From a virus (lineage: Duplodnaviria > Caudoviricetes), in the IMG/VR virus record IMGVR_UViG_3300018048_002591, positions 1-54,017 of that record: DNA of 54,017 nucleotides; one strand, written 5' to 3'. Shown here one piece after another: positions 9,462 to 18,447 of this stretch. How positions within the stretch are numbered: position 1 is the first letter of the stretch; every line of letters starts with the position of its first letter. The translations under genes and the position numbers were made by a program. The notes beneath the pieces are model-generated. The model had not been told where the DNA came from and did no database searches. It saw only the letters and a program-made list of their open reading frames with translations.

Positions 9462-11417
9462 TTATCGGGCATCAGAAACTGTTGGTAGTAACAGTTCAGG
9501 AGAAGCATTGTCTAAAAGGAGAGTTAAATGTGTATCCTTAACAACATATTGACTTAAGATTAAGCTATGCAGCTCTTCTTCTATTGGCTTTTTCCAAATT
9601 CTAATATTTGTTAAATCTGTTTGGCAACCCAATAGTTTCCAAGATTGATCATTAGGAACATTAACCAAGTCATATACTTTAGTCTCATTAAATATCTTAG
9701 TTAATGTTGCAGTAAACTCTGGATTAATCGCGCCGGTTTGAGCTGGTGTATTATAGACAAATAGACTTAGCTGTCTTGCAGTTGCATTTAAGTTTATAAC
9801 TAATGCATACCATTCATCTTTAAGAAGAGGTTGAGATAGCTTCCACTTATAATAAGTTTCATTAATTTTCATAATGAACCAATTACTAGTATAAGTCATA
9901 GAAACAAAATTAGTAGGAGGTAATAATTCATTTTCATATACCATGAAATTATTACTAGCTTCTTTATTAAATTTAGGGGTCCCTGAAGTAGCATCATCTA
10001 TAAAGGATTCATCTAGTACAATAGAATCACCGTTGATTTCAATTATTTTATGAATGCCATTATATGAATTAGTACCACTCACAGATACCCAGTCTCCAAT
10101 ATTTAAAGCCTGACCAAATGTAGGTAACCCGCCTGTATTAAACTGTACTTTACCACCTTTATCTACAATTGATAAGATAAGTATATTTTTTCCAACAGGT
10201 GTTGTGTATTGTGGATTTAACCAAAATGTAAATGCCCTATCATCAGTTTGAGCCCACCCTTGATTATATCTATATTCTATGGCTTCAGTTCCTCTTGCCA
10301 TAGAACCTAACTTATAATGATACTTTGAAATGATAGTCCATTCATTATAAACATTTTCTTCTTTAATAATAAGCTTCTTATCTAAGATTCTTCTAACATA
10401 ATCATTTGCTAATGTACCTATAGTATTATACTGATTAGGTTTTCTTACATCTGCAAATTCATCTTCTCTTTCTTGTTTAAATTTATTAAGATCAGATACA
10501 AGAGCCTTAGTATCAATTTCTGCATTTTTACCTTCTAGGGTATTATCAAACCCAACTGCAGTTCTTTGTTGGTACGGAACAAGACTTACTCTCCAATAAG
10601 ATCCTGAGTAAAGAAAATCATCTGCTTCCGCAACAGCATCAATTTCGTACATTCTATTCATATACTGTTTAAAGTATAGATAGTCTCTCATTTCTGGTTT
10701 TGCACCAACACCGAACACTTGTTCAAATGCAGACTTAACAATATGAACTTCAAACTGCACAGGAAAATCCATCATCATTGGATTAAACTGGATTTCTCTT
10801 GTAGGTAATTCGTTATCAGGAATAAGTATTTTTACTTCGGCTTCTGATATAACATCAAATAAAGAATATTCTTTAAGTATAACATCTCGACTTCTTTGGT
10901 CAGCTTTTGTCTTAAAATAGTCAACACAGAACCCAAATAAGTTAGATGCTACTGCTGATAGTTGATTATACATCGACGAAGCTCTACTTAAATCATAAGG
11001 ATTCCAAGATCCTCCACAGCAATCTACTACTAGGTTAGGAACGCCAACACAGCCTTCAGCTCCACACTGAACTTGCGGAACTTTACAGATAATTCCACCA
11101 TCTGTTACTAATTCTAGAGCAATAGATTCAAATTCCAATGTGCCATCGCCCACCTGTTCATACCTATACTGAATCCAAAATGGTTTATTTGGATCTAATA
11201 GTAAGGCCTCTAGATTCGCATTTGTAAGTGCCACGTAATCAGAATAAGTGACACCATCGGTTCCCCACCTAAACTGTTTATTAAAATAAACTCCAGTGTT
11301 TTCTCCTTTAGTAACATCAGAGTATCCTACAACCTCAACAACATTTTTATAGGGTTCTTGTAGGCTTATAAGTATAGCATCACCGTTTGCGTCTGTGGTT
11401 GTTCCGTTAACTGCCAT
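9462..11417 (-). CDS. Neck/head-closure protein (T4 gp14-like core) with extra N-terminal and LamG-like C-terminal domains
   Basis: Core DVILKEY...FEQVFG..KPEMRDYLYF..NRMYEI..YWRVSL resembles gp14. C-terminus AFTFW, EWYALVI, TNIRIWKK has a LamG/concanavalin pattern. Confidence 0.6.
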   Translation of the reverse strand: MAVNGTTTDANGDAILISLQEPYKNVVEVVGYSDVTKGENTGVYFNKQFRWGTDGVTYSDYVALTNANLEALLLDPNKPFWIQYRYEQVGDGTLEFESIALELVTDGGIICKVPQVQCGAEGCVGVPNLVVDCCGGSWNPYDLSRASSMYNQLSAVASNLFGFCVDYFKTKADQRSRDVILKEYSLFDVISEAEVKILIPDNELPTREIQFNPMMMDFPVQFEVHIVKSAFEQVFGVGAKPEMRDYLYFKQYMNRMYEIDAVAEADDFLYSGSYWRVSLVPYQQRTAVGFDNTLEGKNAEIDTKALVSDLNKFKQEREDEFADVRKPNQYNTIGTLANDYVRRILDKKLIIKEENVYNEWTIISKYHYKLGSMARGTEAIEYRYNQGWAQTDDRAFTFWLNPQYTTPVGKNILILSIVDKGGKVQFNTGGLPTFGQALNIGDWVSVSGTNSYNGIHKIIEINGDSIVLDESFIDDATSGTPKFNKEASNNFMVYENELLPPTNFVSMTYTSNWFIMKINETYYKWKLSQPLLKDEWYALVINLNATARQLSLFVYNTPAQTGAINPEFTATLTKIFNETKVYDLVNVPNDQSWKLLGCQTDLTNIRIWKKPIEEELHSLILSQYVVKDTHLTLLLDNASPELLLPTVSDAR

Positions 11418-11819
11418 TTAAGAATTTTCTTTTTTAAATGTTTCTCCAATAATGTAAGATCCTACGAATGGTGTTAGTGCAGCAAAGTAAGCGCTGGCTC
11501 CTATTAAATCCGCGTTCTTTACAATGACCCATATACCTACGATTGCCCATAAAGCAATTGTTATATACATTAAGACTTCTCTTTTACTATTTTTTCCTTT
11601 TAGAAAAATTGAAGTATCTTCGCTAGGTCTCATACTTTCACCAAAGATATAAGAAGCAACGAATCCAGTAAGAGAAATAAAGTATCCGGCTAATTGAGTA
11701 AAATCGGTGTCAAAATAAGTAGCTAATACACCTACTGATACCCATAGAAAAACAACAAGGTAAGTAACACATTCTCGCTTTGAATCACAACATCTTCTAA
11801 GAAATGATTTCATATACAA
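11418..11819 (-). CDS. Small 4-TM membrane protein made of two internal repeats (holin candidate)
   Basis: Two copies of SKRE..Y...LW..VG.....D......YF..LT.FV.SYI.GE; hydrophobic; late motif upstream. Confidence 0.55.
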   Translation of the reverse strand: MYMKSFLRRCCDSKRECVTYLVVFLWVSVGVLATYFDTDFTQLAGYFISLTGFVASYIFGESMRPSEDTSIFLKGKNSKREVLMYITIALWAIVGIWVIVKNADLIGASAYFAALTPFVGSYIIGETFKKENS

Positions 11820-11831
11820 ACATTATTTGTT

Positions 11832-11839
11832 TATATATT
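11832..11839 (-). promoter_or_regulatory. Late promoter motif AATATATA
   Basis: Recurring motif. Confidence 0.6.
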
Positions 11840-11855
11840 CTTAGAAATTAACAGG

Positions 11856-12380
11856 TTAAACTAAGTGACATCCTGCATGACTCCATCTCATCATTATACC
11901 GTCAGGTGTTAAGATTTCGTTTAGAGGGTTTCTTGGAAAGTTTTTATTAGGATTATCATACCCTGATGGGTCAAATAAGATAATGTCAAATTTTTCAGTT
12001 GGAAATAGTTTTTGATAATCACAGTTATATGCATCTGCATATATCATTGTAATATTTTCAATATTTCTAGTTTCCAATGCAACAACTTCTGGATGAAGTT
12101 CTATGACAGTCATAGTAGCTTTATTTCTTGTAATTTCATCATTAATAAAACCTATACCATAACCTATAGATAAAACATTAGCTCCATTAAATAATTCATT
12201 AAAGAAAGGCTGATATGTTGAAAACTCATATTCAGTATTGGACATCATTAATTCATCATCAGTATCATTCCATAAAATTGTATATGAATTACCAACAGTG
12301 GATTGCGAAAAATACGGAATCCAAGATTCAGATGGTAAATTTTCATTTCCTGTAAATGTGTATGAATCCCTTCTTATCAT
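11856..12380 (-). CDS. Class I SAM-dependent methyltransferase / spermidine-synthase-like fold
   Basis: VLSIGYGIG, VIELHPEV, ADA, FDIILFD. Confidence 0.7.
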   Translation of the reverse strand: MIRRDSYTFTGNENLPSESWIPYFSQSTVGNSYTILWNDTDDELMMSNTEYEFSTYQPFFNELFNGANVLSIGYGIGFINDEITRNKATMTVIELHPEVVALETRNIENITMIYADAYNCDYQKLFPTEKFDIILFDPSGYDNPNKNFPRNPLNEILTPDGIMMRWSHAGCHLV

Positions 12381-12384
12381 GATT

Positions 12385-12392
12385 TATATATT
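12385..12392 (-). promoter_or_regulatory. Late promoter motif AATATATA, 4 nt before the ATG
   Basis: Recurring motif. Confidence 0.55.
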
Positions 12393-12396
12393 CTAC

Positions 12397-13068
12397 TTAA
12401 TATGGGGTGTAATCTGTTTTGACAACTAAGATAGGATCGTCTTCCTCTAATTTAGGATCTATTTGATCAATAATCCCATATGCATCTAGTTTGCCATCAA
12501 TTTCCATTGAAGTTAAGATATCTAATAAAGCACTAGCTTTCATATAGAAATAAGGCTTTCTATCAAGATACTTGTTATCCATGATCCTATATTCAATAAG
12601 TGTCTTATTAAAAATATCTAATTCTTTTCTATCCAAGAGCTGTGTTAAATCAAAAATGCCTTCAAGAATACTGAAATAAAAACTTAAGACATGCCCAGAT
12701 TCGCCTTTAACTAATCTTGTGTATTTTTTATCATCATTTACACTAAAAGTTAGAAATTCTAAATTTTCTAATCTACTTAAAATAGAAACAATAAAGTAAA
12801 CAGAATTAGGCTTAAGTGCAGGATTAGGTAAAAAACCAGAATTTTCAGCTTTTTCTATTTCGGTACGTAAACGCTTACTTGTTTTTATAGCATTAAGAAA
12901 AGAAGATACTTTAACAGTATATTCATTACCATCTTTTGATAAGTTTAAATTCTTACACTCTTTTTTTACTCTACTAATAATTATACTATCAAAGTAATCA
13001 TACTTAAAAAGAGTAAATTTTATATGTGTTGGAATTCCTAGTTCAAAGGTGTTATCAATTAGCATCAT
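12397..13068 (-). CDS. Hypothetical protein (223 aa)
   Basis: Full ORF overlapping the upstream gene end; no motif recognised. Confidence 0.7.
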   Translation of the reverse strand: MMLIDNTFELGIPTHIKFTLFKYDYFDSIIISRVKKECKNLNLSKDGNEYTVKVSSFLNAIKTSKRLRTEIEKAENSGFLPNPALKPNSVYFIVSILSRLENLEFLTFSVNDDKKYTRLVKGESGHVLSFYFSILEGIFDLTQLLDRKELDIFNKTLIEYRIMDNKYLDRKPYFYMKASALLDILTSMEIDGKLDAYGIIDQIDPKLEEDDPILVVKTDYTPY

Positions 13069-13471
13069 TACCCATCTGTTTTTCTAATATATCTATCGCA
13101 GAACGAACTTGTAATGGGTCATATTTTAGTGCTTCTTTATATTCACGTTCACCAATTTCATTGAACTTCATATATTGTTCTAAAGCTTTAGGATTAGGTG
13201 ACCATTCCTTTGCTTTTTCTTTTGGTGACTTTTTTACCTTTGTGTAAATAAATCCAGGAACCCTATTAAACTTTGATGCGACCAATCTCCATGCCTCGGC
13301 TTGACCGGCCGGATCTGTTTTAAGAGAATTAAATAAGTTTGCTTGAATAGGAAACTTAATACTCATAAACCGATTAGTCATAAAAGAGTTTTTAGACTTA
13401 TCATAGTTTGTTACTTTATCCCACTGTTCATCCTTTCCGAAAAGAACTTTTATATAGTCAAATAATTTCAT
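13055..13471 (-). CDS. Probable clamp loader small subunit (gp62-like)
   Basis: LFDYIK, FMTNRFMS, ANLFN and EALK pattern resembles gp62 of T4-like phages; near gp44; replication-class promoter upstream. Confidence 0.55.
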   Translation of the reverse strand: MKLFDYIKVLFGKDEQWDKVTNYDKSKNSFMTNRFMSIKFPIQANLFNSLKTDPAGQAEAWRLVASKFNRVPGFIYTKVKKSPKEKAKEWSPNPKALEQYMKFNEIGEREYKEALKYDPLQVRSAIDILEKQMGNDAN

Positions 13472-13485
13472 CTCCTATTTTATAT

Positions 13486-13511
13486 TTATATGAAGTAATT
13501 GCAATATGTTT
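13486..13511 (-). promoter_or_regulatory. Replication-class promoter AAAC-N17-TATAA
   Basis: AAACatattgcaattacttcaTATAA. Confidence 0.65.
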
Positions 13512-14733
13512 AAAAAATCTTATCTTGTTTTTTAGTGTCCTTAATAAAAGAAAGATCACCCTCATCATCATCGTCATCTTTAAAGAACGATGCCTTAAAG
13601 GAACTGTCAACTTCTTTTGCATATTCAGTTCCTTCCAATAAGGATTTCATAGTAGAGATAGTCTTTAATTGTAGTCCTTTCTGATTCATTTTAGATTCAA
13701 CATATTTAAACATTTCATCCAAAATACCTTCTGGGATTGATTCAGCAGCAAGAACCATAAGATTAACATTAGATTTAATATTTGCAATAATTTGCTCTCG
13801 GCTCATATGTTTTGCATTCATAACCCGAATAACCATATTGGCTAAATCAGTTACATACTCTTCATTATAAAGATACATATGAGAAAGATGGCCATGTTTT
13901 TCTTTAAACTCTGCAATGATAGCAGTTGCCTTTTTCTCACTGATACCGTATCTACGATTTTTTGAAGTATAGTAATATGCAGGAGGAACATTATCGCCAG
14001 CATCACCAGTAAGAACTTTACGGAAACGGAAGTCTTCTGGGTCTATTTCAATAATAGATGCCTTTTTCTTTTTAACCAAGTCTTTAAGTAATTTCTTGGC
14101 TTGGTTTTCTGGAGAAACAGAAACCTTAAGAACATCAAATACATCATCAGAAGTTTCTGAAACATCCTCAGTATCTAACCATTCAGAAAATCCTTGGTAA
14201 GTGTACAGCTTCTTATGTGCTGGTGAAAATAGAATAGTATGGGTATTATTGTTTTTACTCTTATCTACTAATTGAACAAGATCCCTATCACCAGTAAACA
14301 TGATTACTGATTTGTCATTTGCGAGTGATTCTGTATTCCACGCATACATAAGATCATCACCTTCAGCACCATCAATTTTAGAAATGATAACACCTTGCTT
14401 AGATAGAATGGAAATAAAATCAGATGTAGCTTTAGAGAAATTATCCCAGTTAATATTACTGTCCTGCTTACGGTTACCCTTATAATCAGCTTCTGGGTAA
14501 AAGTCTTTACGCCATGACCTAGAATCTACTGTCCAAACAACACGATCTATAAGTCCTTCAAATAATCGGATCTGATAAGCAAAATCGGTTGCCAATTTTT
14601 TGACAAATGATTGGACCTCTTCATCAGTACCTAATAAACCTTTCTTTTTTGAACGGCTAGGTATAACATATAGAGTCCTAAACAAAAAGTAGTTTCCGTC
14701 GATGACAAATGTATGTCTGCCGGTTTTCTTCAT
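13510..14733 (-). CDS. rnh: RNase H / 5'-3' flap exonuclease (T4 rnh-like)
   Basis: VIDGN, SWRK..Y..YKGNR, EGDD, TGDRDLVQL, LTGDAGDNVP. Confidence 0.9.
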   Translation of the reverse strand: MKKTGRHTFVIDGNYFLFRTLYVIPSRSKKKGLLGTDEEVQSFVKKLATDFAYQIRLFEGLIDRVVWTVDSRSWRKDFYPEADYKGNRKQDSNINWDNFSKATSDFISILSKQGVIISKIDGAEGDDLMYAWNTESLANDKSVIMFTGDRDLVQLVDKSKNNNTHTILFSPAHKKLYTYQGFSEWLDTEDVSETSDDVFDVLKVSVSPENQAKKLLKDLVKKKKASIIEIDPEDFRFRKVLTGDAGDNVPPAYYYTSKNRRYGISEKKATAIIAEFKEKHGHLSHMYLYNEEYVTDLANMVIRVMNAKHMSREQIIANIKSNVNLMVLAAESIPEGILDEMFKYVESKMNQKGLQLKTISTMKSLLEGTEYAKEVDSSFKASFFKDDDDDEGDLSFIKDTKKQDKIF

Positions 14734-14763
14734 ATTATTAGTATTTAATTTAATTATAACAAG

Positions 14764-14925
14764 TTAGATGCCATTCTGAAAGTTACGGAGAAATTCATTT
14801 TCTAACTCAACAAGGCTTAAATTAGGCTTGTCTCTTTTCATATGCCAAAATGCTCTAACTGCATTTCCTAATTCATAATTATTAGGATAGAGTTTGATTA
14901 GTTGATCTAAAAATTCTGGTGTCAT
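14764..14925 (-). CDS. Small hypothetical protein (53 aa), below the ORF-track cutoff
   Basis: MTPEFLDQLIKLYPNNYELGNAVRAFWHMKRDKPNLSLVELENEFLRNFQNGI; ATGA overlap with the gp44 stop. Confidence 0.65.
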   Translation of the reverse strand: MTPEFLDQLIKLYPNNYELGNAVRAFWHMKRDKPNLSLVELENEFLRNFQNGI

Positions 14926-15884
14926 GCTTCATTTACTATTGATTGCAGTTCATAGATACAAGCAAGCATTGATACTGCAGGATCAATTACCTGTTGCCTT
15001 TGTGATTGATATTTTGCAACCGTTACAATTATCTGTGGTATGAATTGAGTATATGATTGCCTATCCTGTTTTATAAAATCTATAAATTCTGCACCTAGAG
15101 AAGAAAGTACATCATCAGTTCTATTTGCATAATTTGATAACATATATTGATAATTTTTTACAGGATCAGTTCCATCAATAACAAGGTCATAGATATCTTT
15201 ATAGACTGAACTAAACTTCTTAATATCTTCTACATTAACAGTTTCCAATCCTTGAGATTTAAATCCTTGGATTGTATTAAGCATATTACGAAGATCTGGA
15301 AATTTTCTTTTTACTAATTCAACCGCAGCATGTTTATCAATTCCTAACCCCTCTTCTTTGCAGATTTGTAAAACTCTCATTATGTAACCTTTCATAATTT
15401 CAGTCTCTTCTTCTTTTGAAAAATCAAAATCAATCATTTCAAATCTGGACTGAATTGGGTCCGGTACTTTATTAATGTAATTACATGTTGCAATAAATCT
15501 TGCATTAACATTAAATTGATCCATCGTAGCGCGAAGAGCTTTAAAGAATTGATCAGATACACCATCAATCTCATCAAGAATAATAACCTTCAGTTTACCA
15601 GGTTCATCCATGATAGAACGATTTGCACAAAAATCAGTAATGCGATTTCTTACAATATCTACTGATGTGTCGGTTGATGCATTAATGTAAAGATAAGGAT
15701 GTTTAAAATGTTTAACCATTGCCTTTGCAGCAGATGTCTTACCAGTACCAGGGCTACCGTGTAAAAGTAAATGCTGATAAACTCCCTTTGCCAATTTATC
15801 ACCAACTCGTTTAGGGGTAATAAGATCATCTAAAGATTGAGGCCGATACTTTTCTGTTAAGAGTATGTTTTGTACATTCTTCAT
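14922..15884 (-). CDS. gp44: Clamp loader large subunit (T4 gp44 / RFC-like AAA+)
   Basis: EKYRP, GSPGTGKT, INAS, ILDEID, TCN, IQSR, FPDLR. Confidence 0.95.
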   Translation of the reverse strand: MKNVQNILLTEKYRPQSLDDLITPKRVGDKLAKGVYQHLLLHGSPGTGKTSAAKAMVKHFKHPYLYINASTDTSVDIVRNRITDFCANRSIMDEPGKLKVIILDEIDGVSDQFFKALRATMDQFNVNARFIATCNYINKVPDPIQSRFEMIDFDFSKEEETEIMKGYIMRVLQICKEEGLGIDKHAAVELVKRKFPDLRNMLNTIQGFKSQGLETVNVEDIKKFSSVYKDIYDLVIDGTDPVKNYQYMLSNYANRTDDVLSSLGAEFIDFIKQDRQSYTQFIPQIIVTVAKYQSQRQQVIDPAVSMLACIYELQSIVNEA

Positions 15885-15899
15885 AAAATAGATTTATTT

Positions 15900-15925
15900 T
15901 TATATGTAAAAATTGGATATGGTTT
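15900..15925 (-). promoter_or_regulatory. Replication-class promoter AAAC-N17-TATAA
   Basis: AAACcatatccaatttttacaTATAA. Confidence 0.65.
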
Positions 15926-15932
15926 CAAAAGG

Positions 15933-15940
15933 AATAAATA
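15933..15940 (+). promoter_or_regulatory. Late promoter motif AATAAATA (plus strand)
   Basis: Same motif, oriented with the only plus-strand gene. Confidence 0.6.
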
Positions 15941-15953
15941 AAAAAACTGACCT

Positions 15954-16748
15954 ATGCGCCGCATAAGAAAACTTAGAAAGAGGGTTGATATACTTTTACC
16001 TAAAGACGATTCTGCAAATAATCCTAGCAGAATAGTTAAAGGTGTTCAAAGAAATAAAGTAGTTAAAAAAGTTACGGTATCAACACAAGTGGCAAAAGCA
16101 GAGATAAAAAGAAAGGAACCTTATATTACCCCAAAGACATTTAAGCCAATTGAGCCTATTTGGCAAGGTGAAACGGTTTACTTAATAGGTGGAGGGCCAT
16201 CATTAAAAGGATTTGAGTGGAATAGATTAAAAGGTAAAAAGACTATTGCAATAAATAAAGCTATAGAGTTTTGGCCGCATGCTAATGCTATGTATTGGAC
16301 AGATGGTAGAATATATGCATGGCTTAAAGAAAAGATTCATAATTTTAAAGGCTTAAAATTTACCGTTAGAGCAATGCCTTATGAAGATAAGACAATTCAT
16401 ATTCTTAGAAAGGGTCAAAAATTTGGTTTAGAAACTGCGAGAGATACTTTAGCACATGGTAATAATAGCGGCTATGCAGCAATTAATTTAGCAATCCATT
16501 TAGGTGCAAAAAGAATTGTTCTTTTAGGATATGATATGGGTAATAATGGAAAAAATAGCCACTTCCATGATGGGTACCCAGTAAATGCAACTGGTGAGAA
16601 TATTTATAAAGATCAATTCTTACCAGGATTTAATGTTATTAAAGAGTTACTAAAAGGTAAAGATATCCAAATATTTAATGCATGCCCTACGAGCAAACTT
16701 AACGCATTTAAAAAGATAACTATAGACGAGGCATTAGCCCTTAGATGA
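15954..16748 (+). CDS. Maf/DUF115/MptE-like (CstII-fold) putative CMP-sugar glycosyltransferase
   Basis: VYLIGGGPSL, IAIN, YWTD, NSGYAAINLAIHLGAKRIVLLGYDM, HFH; basic N-terminal extension. Confidence 0.65.
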   Translation: MRRIRKLRKRVDILLPKDDSANNPSRIVKGVQRNKVVKKVTVSTQVAKAEIKRKEPYITPKTFKPIEPIWQGETVYLIGGGPSLKGFEWNRLKGKKTIAINKAIEFWPHANAMYWTDGRIYAWLKEKIHNFKGLKFTVRAMPYEDKTIHILRKGQKFGLETARDTLAHGNNSGYAAINLAIHLGAKRIVLLGYDMGNNGKNSHFHDGYPVNATGENIYKDQFLPGFNVIKELLKGKDIQIFNACPTSKLNAFKKITIDEALALR

Positions 16749-17225
16749 TCTGCGTACATAGGTGAGGAACTCCCTCTGTTCACCTTTTAGAAGAGATTTA
16801 CAGTGTTTAGTAAATTTAATGGACGAATCTATTATCCTTTGATCAACCCTTTTATTCCGTGAGTTATGAGCCTCTGAGCATTTCTTACAAACAAAGTTTT
16901 CTACTTTCTTAGAATCCATTCTTGATTTAATATCAGCTTTACAGATTCCACAATTCCAATCTACTAAATCGGAATCTTTTTCTAATTCTTTTATGCTAGT
17001 AAACGTTTCTCTAAAAGGATTCCAAAGAATGCGGTTAGGATTCTTTTCATGGTCATTCATATCCTCCACTTTAAATATGATTTCATATACCTGTGGATCT
17101 GGTTCTAACCATTTCAGATAATCATTCTCTACCATGAATCGTTGCTTTGAAGGCGGCAGATTCTCCAAAAGAATACCATGCCGCCTTCTATACCATCCAA
17201 AGTTTATTTTACGAACTTTGTACAT
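16734..17225 (-). CDS. Hypothetical protein with a CxxC-x16-CxxC zinc-binding motif
   Basis: CGIC...CKKC. Confidence 0.65.
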   Translation of the reverse strand: MYKVRKINFGWYRRRHGILLENLPPSKQRFMVENDYLKWLEPDPQVYEIIFKVEDMNDHEKNPNRILWNPFRETFTSIKELEKDSDLVDWNCGICKADIKSRMDSKKVENFVCKKCSEAHNSRNKRVDQRIIDSSIKFTKHCKSLLKGEQREFLTYVRRSSKG

Positions 17226-18343
17226 TAAGATTTATTTTCCATCAGTCTTCTGAACTTAGCAGAAACTGATTCGTTTACATAAGATTCGTTACCGGCTTTC
17301 TTTTTCTTAGGTTTGCCTTCTTCCTCATCTTCTTTCTTTTTACCAGGAGGTGGGGGTGGAGGTGGAGGTGTTCCACCGGGTTTCTTTTTACCAGGAGTTG
17401 GGGGTGGAGGTGGAGGTGTTCCACCGGGTTTCTTTTTACCAGGGGTTGGGGGTGGAGGTGGAGGTGTTCCACCGGGTTTCTTTCCTCCTTCAGGTTGACC
17501 GTCACCGCCCTTTCCTTTTGCAGCTAATTCTTGTTTCCTTTGCATCAAGTCACCTATTGCCTTGGAGTCTTTTGTAGTATCCTTACCTTCAAGTTTATTT
17601 CTTTTCATCACTGCTTTGGCCCATGCGATTTGAAAATCAATTTTATCTTCTTCCTTCGCATTATCATTACCGATTATAATATCCAATTCAGCCTTAGCTT
17701 GATCTACTTCTTTTTGAGCAGCATCTATTTTAGCCTGATCAACTTCTTCTTTACCACCTTTTTCTTTACCACCGTCAGTAGTATTTACATTATCAAGGTT
17801 TTGATTATCTGTTCCTTCTGGTCCTTCTTTCTTATCATCAGCCTTTTCATAATCTTTAAGTTCTTGTTGATCGGCAGCAACCTTTTGGTTAAGACCTTTA
17901 ATCTTTAACTTAAGTGCCTTTGCTTCTTCACCATCAGCAGTCTTAAGTGCAGTTTCGGCAGCAGCCATTTTTGATTTATTCTTAGCAATAGAGGCAACTT
18001 TTTTAAGACCGGCCGTTGTGGCTAATTGATCCATTCTATCAGATATAGCAGAAGCCTGATCTTTTAATGCCTGATTCTTTTGAGCATTCGCAGCTTTAAG
18101 AACATCAGCTTTAGTTTTATCTACATTACCAGCAGCCTTTTTCTTTTCATAGTCAAGATTATTAATTGCAACCTGTACTAAAGCTTGTTGGTACTTCTTA
18201 GCATTATTTTTAATCTTGGTAAATTTAACAGGGCTACCTAACGCAGCTCCAATATTTTCGTTTAGTGTTTTATCCAAATCAGCCTCAAATGCTTTAGATG
18301 ATTCGTTTAACATTTTGTATCCTTCAAAAGATAATAATTTCAT
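17225..18343 (-). CDS. Late Lys/Ala-rich protein with proline-rich repeats; probable internal head protein
   Basis: N-terminus MKLLSFEGYKMLNES, several xNE(S/N) sites, late motif upstream, directly downstream of the capsid gene. Confidence 0.6.
   Translation of the reverse strand: MKLLSFEGYKMLNESSKAFEADLDKTLNENIGAALGSPVKFTKIKNNAKKYQQALVQVAINNLDYEKKKAAGNVDKTKADVLKAANAQKNQALKDQASAISDRMDQLATTAGLKKVASIAKNKSKMAAAETALKTADGEEAKALKLKIKGLNQKVAADQQELKDYEKADDKKEGPEGTDNQNLDNVNTTDGGKEKGGKEEVDQAKIDAAQKEVDQAKAELDIIIGNDNAKEEDKIDFQIAWAKAVMKRNKLEGKDTTKDSKAIGDLMQRKQELAAKGKGGDGQPEGGKKPGGTPPPPPPTPGKKKPGGTPPPPPPTPGKKKPGGTPPPPPPPPGKKKEDEEEGKPKKKKAGNESYVNESVSAKFRRLMENKS
17333..17476. repeat. Three near-identical 48-bp tandem repeats encoding KKKPGGTPPPPPP(T/P)PG
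   Basis: Units start at 17333, 17381 and 17429 (tttctttttaccagg...ccaccggg). Confidence 0.95.
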
Positions 18344-18368
18344 GATCTATATTATTTTTCTATTGTTT

Positions 18369-18376
18369 TATATATT
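18369..18376 (-). promoter_or_regulatory. Late promoter motif AATATATA
   Basis: Recurring motif, downstream of the capsid terminator. Confidence 0.6.
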
Positions 18377-18390
18377 TGAGACTATTAAAC

Positions 18391-18419
18391 AAAAAAGGTC
18401 CGCCTTTCGGCGAACCTTT
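18391..18419 (-). terminator. Rho-independent terminator after the major capsid gene
   Basis: Minus strand AAAGGTTCGCC-GAAA-GGCGGACC-TTTTTT (GNRA loop). Confidence 0.9.
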
Positions 18420-18447
18420 CTTAAAGTATTTATTACTTTACATTCTA

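Noticed and set aside
14753-14781. TTTCAG-N17-TATAAT upstream of RNase H
   Set aside because: Has the TATAA box but not the AAAC box; single instance, cannot be assigned
17275-17908. Several short overlapping ORFs with poly-Gly or VEVEV repeats, and a possible CRISPR-like repeat
   Set aside because: Alternative-frame readings of the 48-bp coding repeat; the units are directly adjacent with no unique spacers, so not a CRISPR array
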